From: Candidatus Thorarchaeota archaeon
Lineage (GTDB): Archaea; Asgardarchaeota; Thorarchaeia; Thorarchaeales; Thorarchaeaceae
DNA: 64,000 nucleotides
Direction: 5' to 3'
NCBI GenBank assembly: GCA_046482545.1
Contig: JAWOEX010000024.1
Span: 32,001-96,000, forward strand
Below the pieces are notes generated by a model, which did not search any database, was not told the origin of the DNA, and saw nothing but the letters and a program-made list of their open reading frames with translations. Shown here piece after piece: positions 18,603-28,513 of the stretch. Each line of letters starts with the position of its first letter. Positions within the stretch are counted from its first letter, which is position 1. Position numbers and translations under genes: made by a program.

Positions 18603-18977
18603 TTACTCCTCCTCTTCTTCGCTAATGTTTTCATAGTAGAAAACCATGCTATCAGTGTCATACCCTGCTAGCTCATATTCTTGACTCATCGTAATCGCGT
18701 CTACTGGGCAAGTATCCGCACACTGGCCACAGAAGAGACAGTGATGCTGAAGATAGATTATCGTTGCTTCATCACGTCGCCCTTCCATCTCAATAGCCGC
18801 ACCAGGACAGATTCTCTCACATGCGCCACACCCTATACAGGTCTCCATATCCCATACCGGGCGCCCTCTGAAACCCTTCGGGACTTCCCTACGCTCGAAG
18901 GGATACTTCAGTGTTGCTGCTTTTTCGAAGAGTTCTTTCAATGCATCTCTAAGGATCTTTATTTTATCCCCCTCCAA
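18603..18977 (-). CDS. Group 4 hydrogenase/complex I 2x[4Fe-4S] subunit (NuoI/MbhN-like)
   Basis: 'TLKYPFE...GFRGRP', CIGCGACERICP and CLFCGQCADTCP. Confidence 0.92.
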   Translation of the reverse strand: MEGDKIKILRDALKELFEKAATLKYPFERREVPKGFRGRPVWDMETCIGCGACERICPGAAIEMEGRRDEATIIYLQHHCLFCGQCADTCPVDAITMSQEYELAGYDTDSMVFYYENISEEEEE

Positions 18978-19929
18978 TGCTTAACTGTATGAGAATTATT
19001 TGTAGGACCGCCATTGGAATGACATATTTCCACATTCCCGATACCATTTGCTCTATTCGGGACCGAGCAAATGCTGCTCGTATAACTGATAACAAGATAA
19101 TGACAAAGATTGTCTTTATAAGAAAGATGAAGACGGGAGGTATGAACCAGACTCGGTGGGCACCGCCAAGGTACAGGGCAGCAGCTATACCCGACCCTAG
19201 AACGAGTTGTAAATTCTTTCCTAGCTGAATCAGAGCGAGCTTTCTACCACTGTATTCTGTCTTCCAGCCTGCCACAATCTCCGTATTAGCATGCGGCATA
19301 TCAAAGGGGACAAATTCCAATTCTGCAAGTAAAGATATGATTAGGACTGCAAAGCCGATTGGTTGCAGGAGGATGAACGAGGCTTCGTGTCCTAACTGCC
19401 ATTGTGCAATACCACTAAATGACAGGCTTCCCGAAGCGATTGCGGGCCCAATCATAGCAAGTCCCAATGGAATCTCGTATCCTACCATCTGAAGAGCGGC
19501 TCGGGCGCTGCCGATGGTAGCGAATCTACTCCTTGAAGAAAACCCTGCGAGAAATATCACAATCATAATAAGACTGAACAGGAACAGCATGAATATCACA
19601 TCACCCTCAAATGCTATCATGCTGGTTTGTGCTGCGATAGGAATAAGGAATAGCCCTGAAAGCGGTACAGTAAGCAATACTATCGGTGCAAGATTGAAGA
19701 CATGGCTATCGGCCGCATCGGGTGTAAGATCCTCTTTTTGCAACAGCTTGAGAAAGTCTGCAAAAGGCTGTAGAATACCTGATGGGCCTGTATACAGAGG
19801 ACCGACTCTCTTCTGGATTCTTGCAACTACTTTCCTATCAATCCATTCATAGAAGAATGCTAGGATAATTAAGAAGAGTGCTCCGGGGAAAATCAAGAAC
19901 TGAATCACTAAGATAAATTCTTCCATCAT
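18964..19929 (-). CDS. Membrane anchor subunit (NuoH/MbhM/HycD-like)
   Basis: 'DRKVVARIQKRVGP...GILQPFADFLKLLQKE', 'PFDMPHANTEIVAGWKTEYSG'. Confidence 0.93.
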   Translation of the reverse strand: MMEEFILVIQFLIFPGALFLIILAFFYEWIDRKVVARIQKRVGPLYTGPSGILQPFADFLKLLQKEDLTPDAADSHVFNLAPIVLLTVPLSGLFLIPIAAQTSMIAFEGDVIFMLFLFSLIMIVIFLAGFSSRSRFATIGSARAALQMVGYEIPLGLAMIGPAIASGSLSFSGIAQWQLGHEASFILLQPIGFAVLIISLLAELEFVPFDMPHANTEIVAGWKTEYSGRKLALIQLGKNLQLVLGSGIAAALYLGGAHRVWFIPPVFIFLIKTIFVIILLSVIRAAFARSRIEQMVSGMWKYVIPMAVLQIILIQLSIGGG

Positions 19930-19945
19930 CTATGTTCTACTCCCT

Positions 19946-20419
19946 TTAGTTCTCGAGCTCTGGAATCCGCTCCGGTGCCTCATCCTTTTCGGCGGAATCT
20001 CCCCGCTTTAGCTTCGCAAGGAGTTTTGAAACTCCATCTATTATTGCCTCGGGCTTTGGTGGACATCCGGGCACATATGCATCCACAGGAATCACCTTGT
20101 TTACCCCGCCACATATACTGTAACACCTTTGGAAGGGTGCACCACTGCTTGCACAGGCCCCGATTGCTATCACGAATTTGGGCTCAGGCATCTGCTCGTA
20201 GATACGTTTGAGTCGTTTCTCATTTTGGAGGGTAACAGGACCTGTTACAACTAGAATATCTGCATGTCGTGGACTTCCCTTCAGTACTGCCCCGAATCGC
20301 TCTAAATCGAATCTTGGCATAAGAGCTGCTACTAGTTCTATGTCACAGCCGTTACATCCACCACTTGGGAAATGTAATAGCCAAGGACTAGATACTTGTG
20401 CCCATTTCAAGATTCCCAT
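19946..20419 (-). CDS. Group 4 [NiFe]-hydrogenase small subunit (NuoB/MbhJ-like)
   Basis: 'GGCNGCDIE', 'SPRHADIL', 'GACASSG', 'PGCPPKP'. Confidence 0.94.
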   Translation of the reverse strand: MGILKWAQVSSPWLLHFPSGGCNGCDIELVAALMPRFDLERFGAVLKGSPRHADILVVTGPVTLQNEKRLKRIYEQMPEPKFVIAIGACASSGAPFQRCYSICGGVNKVIPVDAYVPGCPPKPEAIIDGVSKLLAKLKRGDSAEKDEAPERIPELEN

Positions 20420-20420
20420 T

Positions 20421-20759
20421 CTAGGAAACCCTCCTAGAATATACGAGCAATGAGGTCGCTGCTAGTAAAATCATCGAATAGATGGCTGGCCTAAATCCCG
20501 CTGATGGTGGGCTTATTACCAGCATGAAGATGAGCACATCAAAAATCAACAAGTAGACTGCAAAGATGTAGAAGTACCTCATCTCAATCTGAATATCCTC
20601 GGTGGGAAAATCTTCTCCACAAGCATAGAGGCTTCTCTTAGCTTCAATATCCTCGGAGGTGGCATCGGCTGAAATCCTTCCACCATACGAGTAGATAAGC
20701 AAGGCAATGGCAATTGAAAGTCCAAAAACTACGGGTAAGAGATGTACGAGAGTCGACAT
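20421..20759 (-). CDS. NuoA/MbhI-like membrane subunit
   Basis: Three TM segments, 'YACGE', 'LIFDV'; probable ATG at 20759 (the ORF-track extension overlaps the divergent promoter). Confidence 0.8.
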   Translation of the reverse strand: MSTLVHLLPVVFGLSIAIALLIYSYGGRISADATSEDIEAKRSLYACGEDFPTEDIQIEMRYFYIFAVYLLIFDVLIFMLVISPPSAGFRPAIYSMILLAATSLLVYSRRVS

Positions 20760-20953
20760 TGCACACCCTGATGTTAGAGCAATTCCGTAGTATCTTAAAG
20801 TTGGCGGTCTATCACTCACCAGAAATCCTTTGCCCTTGCCCTTGTTTGATTGTGGTACTTCACTGACTTTCTTCAGGGAGACCCCCTTTGAGAAGGTTTT
20901 TATCCTACTCCTTGGGTCTGCAAAAGCGGCGGTCTGTAACGCAGGAGTTTGCC

Positions 20954-21208
20954 TTGACACTCGGTGATATCCTCATTATTCTTCTAATGCTTTTGATTTT
21001 AGGGCTTGCATTGGCAACAGTAGAGGTAAGGGACCCTCTTTATAGTATTCTCTCATTCTGTGGAATGAGTATTGGGATAGGGATGTTATACTGGCTTCTT
21101 ATGGCTCCGTACGTAGCACTTTACCAACTTCTCGTCTATGCGGGAGCTGTTGTAGGACTATATCTTGCTGCAATCATGCTGACAACTCGAAAGGAGGCTA
21201 TAGAATAA
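20954..21208 (+). CDS. NuoJ N-terminal-like (MbhD-type) membrane subunit
   Basis: 'APYVALYQLLVYAGAV'; TTG start at 20954 after AGGAG. Confidence 0.82.
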   Translation: MTLGDILIILLMLLILGLALATVEVRDPLYSILSFCGMSIGIGMLYWLLMAPYVALYQLLVYAGAVVGLYLAAIMLTTRKEAIE

Positions 21209-21209
21209 T

Positions 21210-21497
21210 ATGAGCTATGATAGAATGCAGATTATAGGTTCAGTCTTAGTTCTGCTGGCAATCGTGACTTTGAGTGCACTTCTTATCCAAGTTCCTTTTC
21301 CAGCGTTCGAATATGCACTCTCCGATGATAGTTTGATTGAGATAACGAGACCAATTGGCGAGGAAATGAGCGAATTCATGTGGAGCGTAAGAAACATTGA
21401 CTTACTGGCTCAGGCGTTTGTTCTCTTTAGCACTGCTGTAGGATCCTTAGCTGTTCTTTTCGAAATCGAACACATGAATGCGGAGGAAACCGAATGA
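21210..21497 (+). CDS. NuoJ C-terminal/MbhE-like membrane subunit
   Basis: 'RNIDLLAQAFVLF' resembles the MbhE/MrpA 'RxxDTxxE' helix; lies between J-like and K-like genes. Confidence 0.65.
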   Translation: MSYDRMQIIGSVLVLLAIVTLSALLIQVPFPAFEYALSDDSLIEITRPIGEEMSEFMWSVRNIDLLAQAFVLFSTAVGSLAVLFEIEHMNAEETE

Positions 21498-21808
21498 TTC
21501 CTCTATCGTACTTTCTAGCCTTCTCAGCAGGCCTATACATCATTGGCATTTATTGCTTGGTATCTAAACGAAATATGATTCGGCTTGTTTTAGGTATAGA
21601 GATTATACTTAATGCTGCAAATATCAACTTCATTACTTTTTCAATATTCCGGAGTGACGGTTTCGTTGACCCCTTTGCTCAATCCTTGGTGGTCATATCA
21701 ATAACCTTGGCGAGTTGCGTGAGTGCAGCAGCGCTTTCCTTGGTTATCTACGCTTACCGACATTATGAAACCTTGGACGTACGAGAACTTCGCAGACTTC
21801 AAAAGTAA
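21494..21808 (+). CDS. NuoK/MrpC-like subunit
   Basis: 'IGIYCLVSKRNMIRLVLGIEIILNAANINF'. Confidence 0.9.
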   Translation: MIPLSYFLAFSAGLYIIGIYCLVSKRNMIRLVLGIEIILNAANINFITFSIFRSDGFVDPFAQSLVVISITLASCVSAAALSLVIYAYRHYETLDVRELRRLQK

Positions 21809-21824
21809 CGAGGGAGAAATAAAG

Positions 21825-23282
21825 ATGTTCACGTTGCCACTTAACCTACTTTTCATCTTTGCAGTAACGACTCCCCTTATTGACTATTTGATTACGAAAT
21901 ATGAGCAGAAGTATCTGTGTGGAGTCTATCCTCTGATAGGAATGACACTCACAGGATATGCAGTGTACAGCCTATGGCTATCTGTTTCCGCAGGCGCATA
22001 CGTGTTTCCACTTGATGCCACCCCTTTCTTCGCATGTTTCAGAATTGATACACTCAGCTTTTTTATGGCATTCATTCAAATTGGTTTGGGTTTCTTTATT
22101 ACCCTCTATTCCATTCGTTATATGGAGAAGGATTGGCCCATACCTCTCTACTATTCCTTACTATTGTCCATGGTTGCCGGCATGGTTGGTGTGGTCTTCG
22201 CCGGAGATTTGTTTACGCTCTTTGTCTTCTGGGAGCTGATGTGTCTTAGCTCGTACATGCTCGTTGCTTTCAGAAGGGAGAGATGGGAGGCTATTGAAGC
22301 TGGATTGAAATACCTCCTAATGAGTTCTGTAGGGTCCGCAACTTTCCTATATGGTATATCCCTCATCTATGGATTCACTGGTTCACTACACTTTACTACC
22401 ATAGCCGCAACTATGGGGCAAGCTCCGACAAACATATGGTTCAACTACACCTTCTTGCTCATTTTCATCGGTCTTGGAATCAAGGCTGCAATCGTTCCTC
22501 TGCATACTTGGTTGCCAGATGCTTACTCTGCGGCTCCTACACCTATATTGGCCTTAAGTTCAGGCATAGTCATTGAGACTGGTCTCTATGTCATGTTTCG
22601 TGTTTTCTTCATGGGTTTCCCTCTAGTTCGTGCAGAATGGGCACCCATCTTCGCACTTTTTAGTATCGCCACCATGACTATAGGCAATATCTCGGCCCTT
22701 TTACAGACTGACTTGAAGAGACTACTGGCATACTCCAGTATCGCGCACGTTGGGTACATGCTCGTTGGTTTAGCAGCAGGTAACGAATCGGGGCTGACAG
22801 GTACCTTTTTACATATCCTCAACCATGGTTTGATGAAGAGTACCGCTTTTCTCTGTCTTGGTGCCATTATATGGAGGCTAGGAGAGAGAGATATAGAGCA
22901 TCTAGAGGGTGTAGGAAAGAAAATGCCCTTTACAGTCACAGCTTTTTCGATATCGCTTCTTGCACTATTAGGTATGCCTGGTCTGAATGGATTTGTAGGC
23001 GAATTGATTTTATTCTTTTCAACTATTCAACAGAACCTATTCTGGTTAGGGATTGCAATGATTCTCAATACCGCCATATCCGCAGGATACTACTTGAGAA
23101 TAATGTACAGAATGATGCAAACGACTCCTTCGGAGTTGGTTGAAGAGGCTGAAGAAGTGCCAGTCAGCATGCTGGTACCTATTTACGTGATGACTGTATT
23201 CATTGTGCTGTTTGGTATTTGGCCTGATTTAGTACTCGACTTAGCGAGACAAGCTGCAGCAGGACTTCTGTTTATGATTTAA
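21825..23282 (+). CDS. Antiporter-like subunit (NuoN/MbhH/MrpD-like)
   Basis: 'DLFTLFVFWELM', 'EAGLKYL', 'KAAIVPLHTWLPDAY', 'LKRLLAYSSIAHVG'; ATG at 21825. Confidence 0.92.
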   Translation: MFTLPLNLLFIFAVTTPLIDYLITKYEQKYLCGVYPLIGMTLTGYAVYSLWLSVSAGAYVFPLDATPFFACFRIDTLSFFMAFIQIGLGFFITLYSIRYMEKDWPIPLYYSLLLSMVAGMVGVVFAGDLFTLFVFWELMCLSSYMLVAFRRERWEAIEAGLKYLLMSSVGSATFLYGISLIYGFTGSLHFTTIAATMGQAPTNIWFNYTFLLIFIGLGIKAAIVPLHTWLPDAYSAAPTPILALSSGIVIETGLYVMFRVFFMGFPLVRAEWAPIFALFSIATMTIGNISALLQTDLKRLLAYSSIAHVGYMLVGLAAGNESGLTGTFLHILNHGLMKSTAFLCLGAIIWRLGERDIEHLEGVGKKMPFTVTAFSISLLALLGMPGLNGFVGELILFFSTIQQNLFWLGIAMILNTAISAGYYLRIMYRMMQTTPSELVEEAEEVPVSMLVPIYVMTVFIVLFGIWPDLVLDLARQAAAGLLFMI

Positions 23283-23295
23283 GGAGAAAGAAGAA

Positions 23296-25323
23296 ATGCT
23301 ACTTGATATCAACCTACTTGCTTGGCTTTGTTGGATATTTCCCTTGGTGGGTGCAACAACCTCTCTGCTCATGTCACGAGTGAAGGAACAGACTCGCGGA
23401 TATGCGGCTGTTCTGTTTTCTTTCTTGGGCTTCCTCATGGCACTTCTTATGCTTCCGGAGGTATTTTCCCCTCAAGCCATTGATAACACTGCATTCTGGG
23501 TAATCCTGCCCGGTGGTATCTCTGTATCTATTGGCATGCTCATTGATCCACTTGCAATCATCTTTGCGAACATCGTCAGTTTTCTGGCCTTTCTGATAAT
23601 GGTCTACTCTGTCAAGTATGTTGAAGATGAGCCTAGCAAGACTCGCCTCTGGTTCTTCATGTCTCTTTTCATCGCTAGCAAATTGCTACTCGTGCTGGCA
23701 GATAACTTCATTCTGCTCTTTGTAGGCTGGGAGCTGGTTGGTGTGTGCAGCTATGCACTTGTCGGTCACTGCTATAGCGACAAAGACGAGCAGTTGATTG
23801 ACGGCTCCTCTCCATTCCTGAAACCTTCAAGGGCAGGATTGAAGGTGCTCCTTTTCACAACGTTCGGAAATATTTCCCTTCTTGGCGGGATGATCCTCAT
23901 CTATACGTACTCGGGAACATTGAATTTCATTCAGCTCTATACGACTGTGTCTGTATGGCTTCCTGCTATGGCTGCTAATCCGGGAATACTGACGCTTGCG
24001 TCGGTCTTGGTTCTCGGTGGTCCTATTGCCAAGTCAGCTCAATTCCCTCTGCACGAATGGTTGCCAGATGCAATGACTGATCCCGCTCCTGTTCCAGCGC
24101 TGCTACATGCCGCAACGATGGTGGCAACCGGTGTATACTTTATTGCTCGGATGGTTCCAATTTTCTTCTATGGTTATTGGGTTGGTGGTTTCCCTGAAGC
24201 GGGTACCTTCTTCTTGATAACTGCAGCAGTTGGAGCATTTACTGCATTTCTTGCTGGTACGCAAGCGATGGTAGCTCTTGAACTGAAGAAGATACTCGCC
24301 TTTTCCACTATGAGCCAGATTGGCTACGTGACACTTGGTCTAGGAGTAGCAGGTTTGACCCCTCAAGCATTTACTGGTGGCCTTACCGCGGGCATCTTCC
24401 ACTTGGTGAGCCATAGTATTTTGGAGGTGACACTATTCCTTTCAGCAGGCTTCATCCTTCACGCCACTGACACAATCTACATATCTGAGATGAACCTTTC
24501 AAGGACGCGACTGAAGCTCACTTGGGTAGCCATGTCGATAGTCACACTCTCGTTGATGGGTGTACCACCGCTTTCAGGATTCTGGAGCAAGGAAGAGATC
24601 TTGACCGTTTGCCTTAATAGTGGTCATTTCATCCCATTTGCTTTTGCTCTATCTACGGTTGCCATCACTGCGTTCTATTCAGTCCGCTTTGTAGGGATGG
24701 TCTTTCATGGTCCACAAGAAGAGAGCTCTTCTCATGATGAGGCGCATCCGATAATGCTTGCTCCATATGGCATTCTTGCCATCCTTACCATGGGTTTTGG
24801 CATAATTGGTCCTTGGTTCGGTGAGAGCCTCCATCATCTATTCGAGGAGTACTTTGTTCATACACTGGGCTTCGAAGTAGTTGCAGAAGCTGCTACCATT
24901 ACCCCCTCCATGGCCCTTTCCGAATCAATACCGTTTTTGGTGCCTATCCTTTCGCTTTCTATGCTTCTTCTTGGTGCCATTCCTGCTTACAGGTTGTATA
25001 TATCTCGGCAGAACCACCCTGAGGATGTAATTGGAACTGAAGGTGTACTCAAGAAGATACACTCCTTCCTCTGGAACCGCTGGTACATCAATACAGCCTA
25101 TCTGGCAATAGTTGATGGGGTATTTTCTATGCGAGAACCATTGAAGAAGTATGTAGAACGCCCCATGGACCGTGCTTTGAACGATGGTATTCCTAATCTC
25201 TTCTCTGCGATAAGCAAGAAGGTGGGGAAAATTCAAACGGGCATCTTCTCAATTAATATGCTTTACATGTTCATTTTGTTAGTGCTGGCTGGAATCGTGA
25301 TTCTAGTAACGGGGGTGCCCTAA
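23296..25323 (+). CDS. Antiporter-like subunit NuoL/MrpA-like
   Basis: 'GWELVGVCSY', 'KSAQFPLHEWLPDAM', 'KKILAFSTMSQIGY', 'GFWSKE', lateral helix and 'QTG'. Confidence 0.93.
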   Translation: MLLDINLLAWLCWIFPLVGATTSLLMSRVKEQTRGYAAVLFSFLGFLMALLMLPEVFSPQAIDNTAFWVILPGGISVSIGMLIDPLAIIFANIVSFLAFLIMVYSVKYVEDEPSKTRLWFFMSLFIASKLLLVLADNFILLFVGWELVGVCSYALVGHCYSDKDEQLIDGSSPFLKPSRAGLKVLLFTTFGNISLLGGMILIYTYSGTLNFIQLYTTVSVWLPAMAANPGILTLASVLVLGGPIAKSAQFPLHEWLPDAMTDPAPVPALLHAATMVATGVYFIARMVPIFFYGYWVGGFPEAGTFFLITAAVGAFTAFLAGTQAMVALELKKILAFSTMSQIGYVTLGLGVAGLTPQAFTGGLTAGIFHLVSHSILEVTLFLSAGFILHATDTIYISEMNLSRTRLKLTWVAMSIVTLSLMGVPPLSGFWSKEEILTVCLNSGHFIPFAFALSTVAITAFYSVRFVGMVFHGPQEESSSHDEAHPIMLAPYGILAILTMGFGIIGPWFGESLHHLFEEYFVHTLGFEVVAEAATITPSMALSESIPFLVPILSLSMLLLGAIPAYRLYISRQNHPEDVIGTEGVLKKIHSFLWNRWYINTAYLAIVDGVFSMREPLKKYVERPMDRALNDGIPNLFSAISKKVGKIQTGIFSINMLYMFILLVLAGIVILVTGVP

Positions 25324-26811
25324 GTGGAAATTCCATTCTTGCTTCTGCAAACGGTGCTCATCCCAGTACTATCCATGCCAGTCATGGCATTGCTTGGCAG
25401 AAAAATAGGCACACGTGTCGGCTGGGTTGCTGCAGTAGTCCTATCGTATACCACGATTCTTCTCCTCCTCGGTGGTATTGATTTTTGGATTAGCGGGTCA
25501 CCTCTCATTGAGCACTATTCTTGGAGTACAGCAGTATTGAATATCGAGTTCGGATTCTTGGCCGACGGCCTCAGCTATCCAGTTGCCATTCTCATGAATA
25601 TCATCTCAACCGTGGTCGTCGTCTATTCCATTCGATATGTTGAGCATCCCATAGAGGAGATTCACGACGAGAAAGAGAAGGGCCTAAATGAGCTCTATTT
25701 TTCCCTCTTTATGCTTTTTCCCACAGGACTCCTAGGGGTATCATTTGCAACTAACTTGGTAGAGATTTACCTATTTCTCGATATCCTTCTGATACCTCTC
25801 TATTTTATCATAAGCTACTTTGGACTTATCCAGCGAAATCGGATTGCAACAATGGTATTCATGTGGGGTTTCATAGGCGGTTCGCTGTTTCTCATCGGAT
25901 CAGTAGTCGTTTATTCCCAAATAGGAAGCCTAATGGTTTCGGATTTGCCCGCTCTCGTGGGGTCCCCTCTTGCCCTCTGGGCAACCGTTTTCATGCTTGT
26001 AGGCATACTCATGAAGATGGCTGTTTTTGGTTTTCATGTATGGCTACCTTGGGTGCATTCAGGAGCTCCGACACCGGTATCTGCCATACTGACAGTTTTT
26101 GTTGGTATCATGAGCTATCTACTGGGTAGGATTTTTGTCCAGAATCTTGCGGTCATCATCCAGTCGTTTTCTAGACCGCTTATGATTTGGGCATTGATTA
26201 CTATGCTTTATGGGGGACTTCTCACCCTTGCTCAGGACGATATCAAGCTCGTGTATGCTTGCTCTACGATAAGCCAGACCTCGTATTCCCTCCTTGGATT
26301 GGCAAGTCTTACAGCTACTGGAGCCGCGGGTGGTGTGTTCTACTTCCTGAGTCATTCTCTCGGGAAGGTCATCCTATTCTCGTGTGCTGGTATGGTCATA
26401 CTCAGGACAGATGTCAGAAATATCAACAAGATGGGCGGCCTTGCAAAGAAGATGCCGGTGACGGCAATACTTTGTGTGATTGGCTCTCTTATCCTGTCTG
26501 CTATTCCTCCATTCAGCGGACTACCAGCAGAATGGATTATGTTCATGGGTATTTTCGAATATGGCATTACAGCTGGCTCCCTTCTGGACATAGTGATACC
26601 GATTGCAGGCATATTCATCACCTTCATATCTACCGTCTATACATTCTGGCCTGTGATGCGAATATTTTTTGGTCCTCTACCTGAGTCCATGAAAGATGTA
26701 CGAGAAGCGCCACTTCAGATGATTATACCCACTGCAGTTCTTGCCCTGATATCTCTCCTGATTGGTGTCTACCCTGAGTTGGTTATGCGTTTTCTGTCTA
26801 CTGCATTCTAA
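25324..26811 (+). CDS. Antiporter-like subunit NuoM-like
   Basis: 'DGLSYP', 'KMAVFGFHVWLPWVHSGAPTPVSAIL', 'MGGLAKKMP', 'SGLPAEW'. Confidence 0.92.
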   Translation: MEIPFLLLQTVLIPVLSMPVMALLGRKIGTRVGWVAAVVLSYTTILLLLGGIDFWISGSPLIEHYSWSTAVLNIEFGFLADGLSYPVAILMNIISTVVVVYSIRYVEHPIEEIHDEKEKGLNELYFSLFMLFPTGLLGVSFATNLVEIYLFLDILLIPLYFIISYFGLIQRNRIATMVFMWGFIGGSLFLIGSVVVYSQIGSLMVSDLPALVGSPLALWATVFMLVGILMKMAVFGFHVWLPWVHSGAPTPVSAILTVFVGIMSYLLGRIFVQNLAVIIQSFSRPLMIWALITMLYGGLLTLAQDDIKLVYACSTISQTSYSLLGLASLTATGAAGGVFYFLSHSLGKVILFSCAGMVILRTDVRNINKMGGLAKKMPVTAILCVIGSLILSAIPPFSGLPAEWIMFMGIFEYGITAGSLLDIVIPIAGIFITFISTVYTFWPVMRIFFGPLPESMKDVREAPLQMIIPTAVLALISLLIGVYPELVMRFLSTAF

Positions 26812-26941
26812 GTCACTAGCTACATACTCATAGACCGTTTCTTTCCAATAAACCATTCCTTCGGATGTTTCCATAGAACAAGTCTTTTATCTCGTTGCTC
26901 TCCTAGGACAATTGTCGGATAAATAGGTCTGAGGAAAAGTC

Positions 26942-27784
26942 ATGACCCAAGCACAAACTACTCTGAAGCATCCTATGGCGAAATACATACGCGAAGACCG
27001 TCAACCGTGGATATATTGCCCTGGCTGTAGTATTGGCATCGTCACCAATATGGTTGCACGGGCAATCGATAATCTTGGTCTAGATTACCATGACGTGGTA
27101 GTAGTCTCAGGTATTGGTTGTACTGGACGCACTTCTGGATACTTTGAAACAGGTTCTTTTCATACCACTCACGGTCGTGCTATCGCCTTTGCAAGCGGTG
27201 TGAAGATTGCTAACCCGGATTTGGAGGTCATTGTTGTATCTGGAGATGGTGATATCGCAGCTATTGGAGGGAACCACCTAATCCATGCCTGCAGGCGAAA
27301 CGTTGGCATAACTGTTGTTTGCGTCAATAACTTCAACTATGGTATGACTGGTGGACAATTCGGACCAACTACTGAACACGAAAGATACACTCAGACATCA
27401 CCAAGGCCAATTGGCAATATTGAGCACCCCTTCAACCTTGTCAAGCTAGCGGCTTCGTCAGGAGCGACTTTCGTGTCTCGTTGGACTGCAGTCCAGGCAC
27501 GCAGAGCCACAAAATCCATACAGAAAGGCATAGCAAAGGATGGCTTTTCCTTTATCGAAATTGTCGGTGCTTGTCCTACTGCGTATGGTAGGCGGAACGA
27601 TATGGGTACCGGCCTTAAGATGCATCAGCATCTCCTTGAAGTAGCAGAAATACAGAATGGGCTCCCAGCCCATGAAGCAGAACTGGATTATGATAACAGA
27701 ATTGTGTGCGGAGAATTCCTAGACATAGACAAACCTGAGTATACTGCGATATTGAAGGCCGCGCGTCAGAAGGTAACGAGGTGA
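26942..27784 (+). CDS. korB: 2-oxoacid:ferredoxin oxidoreductase beta subunit
   Basis: 'YCPGC', 'SGIGCTG', 'HTTHGRA', TPP motif 'GDGD...NN..YGMTGGQ', 'CPT'. Confidence 0.95.
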   Translation: MTQAQTTLKHPMAKYIREDRQPWIYCPGCSIGIVTNMVARAIDNLGLDYHDVVVVSGIGCTGRTSGYFETGSFHTTHGRAIAFASGVKIANPDLEVIVVSGDGDIAAIGGNHLIHACRRNVGITVVCVNNFNYGMTGGQFGPTTEHERYTQTSPRPIGNIEHPFNLVKLAASSGATFVSRWTAVQARRATKSIQKGIAKDGFSFIEIVGACPTAYGRRNDMGTGLKMHQHLLEVAEIQNGLPAHEAELDYDNRIVCGEFLDIDKPEYTAILKAARQKVTR

Positions 27785-28356
27785 TTATCTTGGCACGTTT
27801 CGAAGTACGCATGGGTGGTTTTGGAGGACAGGGTATAGTCACTATGGCTGTTGTGCTTGGTGAGACAGTATCATTAATCGAAGGAAAAGAGTGCGTACAG
27901 ACACAATCCTACGGTCCCGAGGCCAGAGGAGGAGCAAGTAAGAGCGAGGTGGTAATCAGCGATAAGTCGGAGGTTGATTATCCGAAAGTCATTGCTCCTG
28001 ATGTCTTTATCGCCCTGAGCAGGGCTGCCTATCTGTCCTACAAGGATGACCTGAAGGATAATGGAACACTCATCGTTGACGAGGACCTTGTTGAGATCGA
28101 GGGTAATCTTCCAAAGGGCGTCAAGGTATACAAGATTCGTGCTACCCATATTGCCGACAACGAAGTGGGCTCCAAGCTGGCCACGAACGTCGTTATGCTC
28201 GGGGCTTTCTCAGCGATTACAGGCGAAGTCACACTCGATGGCCTAAGGGAGCGAGTAGCCCAGCGCTGGCCTCGTTTCAAGGATACTAATCTGAAAGCTC
28301 TTGAACTTGGTTTTGAAGCTGGTAAGAAGGCAGTAGAAAAGGCAGGCAATGCTTGA
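27781..28356 (+). CDS. korC: 2-oxoacid:ferredoxin oxidoreductase gamma subunit
   Basis: 'GFGGQG', 'QSYGPEARGGAS', 'NVVMLGA'. Confidence 0.94.
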   Translation: MIILARFEVRMGGFGGQGIVTMAVVLGETVSLIEGKECVQTQSYGPEARGGASKSEVVISDKSEVDYPKVIAPDVFIALSRAAYLSYKDDLKDNGTLIVDEDLVEIEGNLPKGVKVYKIRATHIADNEVGSKLATNVVMLGAFSAITGEVTLDGLRERVAQRWPRFKDTNLKALELGFEAGKKAVEKAGNA

Positions 28357-28513
28357 GTCCTTTATTTGGGTGACGGCTGATGTATCTGGTTTGACTACAT
28401 CTTAATTTGACCGTATGTCGAACAAGAATTCTGAAACACAAAGAAACTACGAGTGGATACCATGTGACTTCTGGACGGAATTGCCGCTCAGGTTGATAGG
28501 ATTTCTTCTTCCT

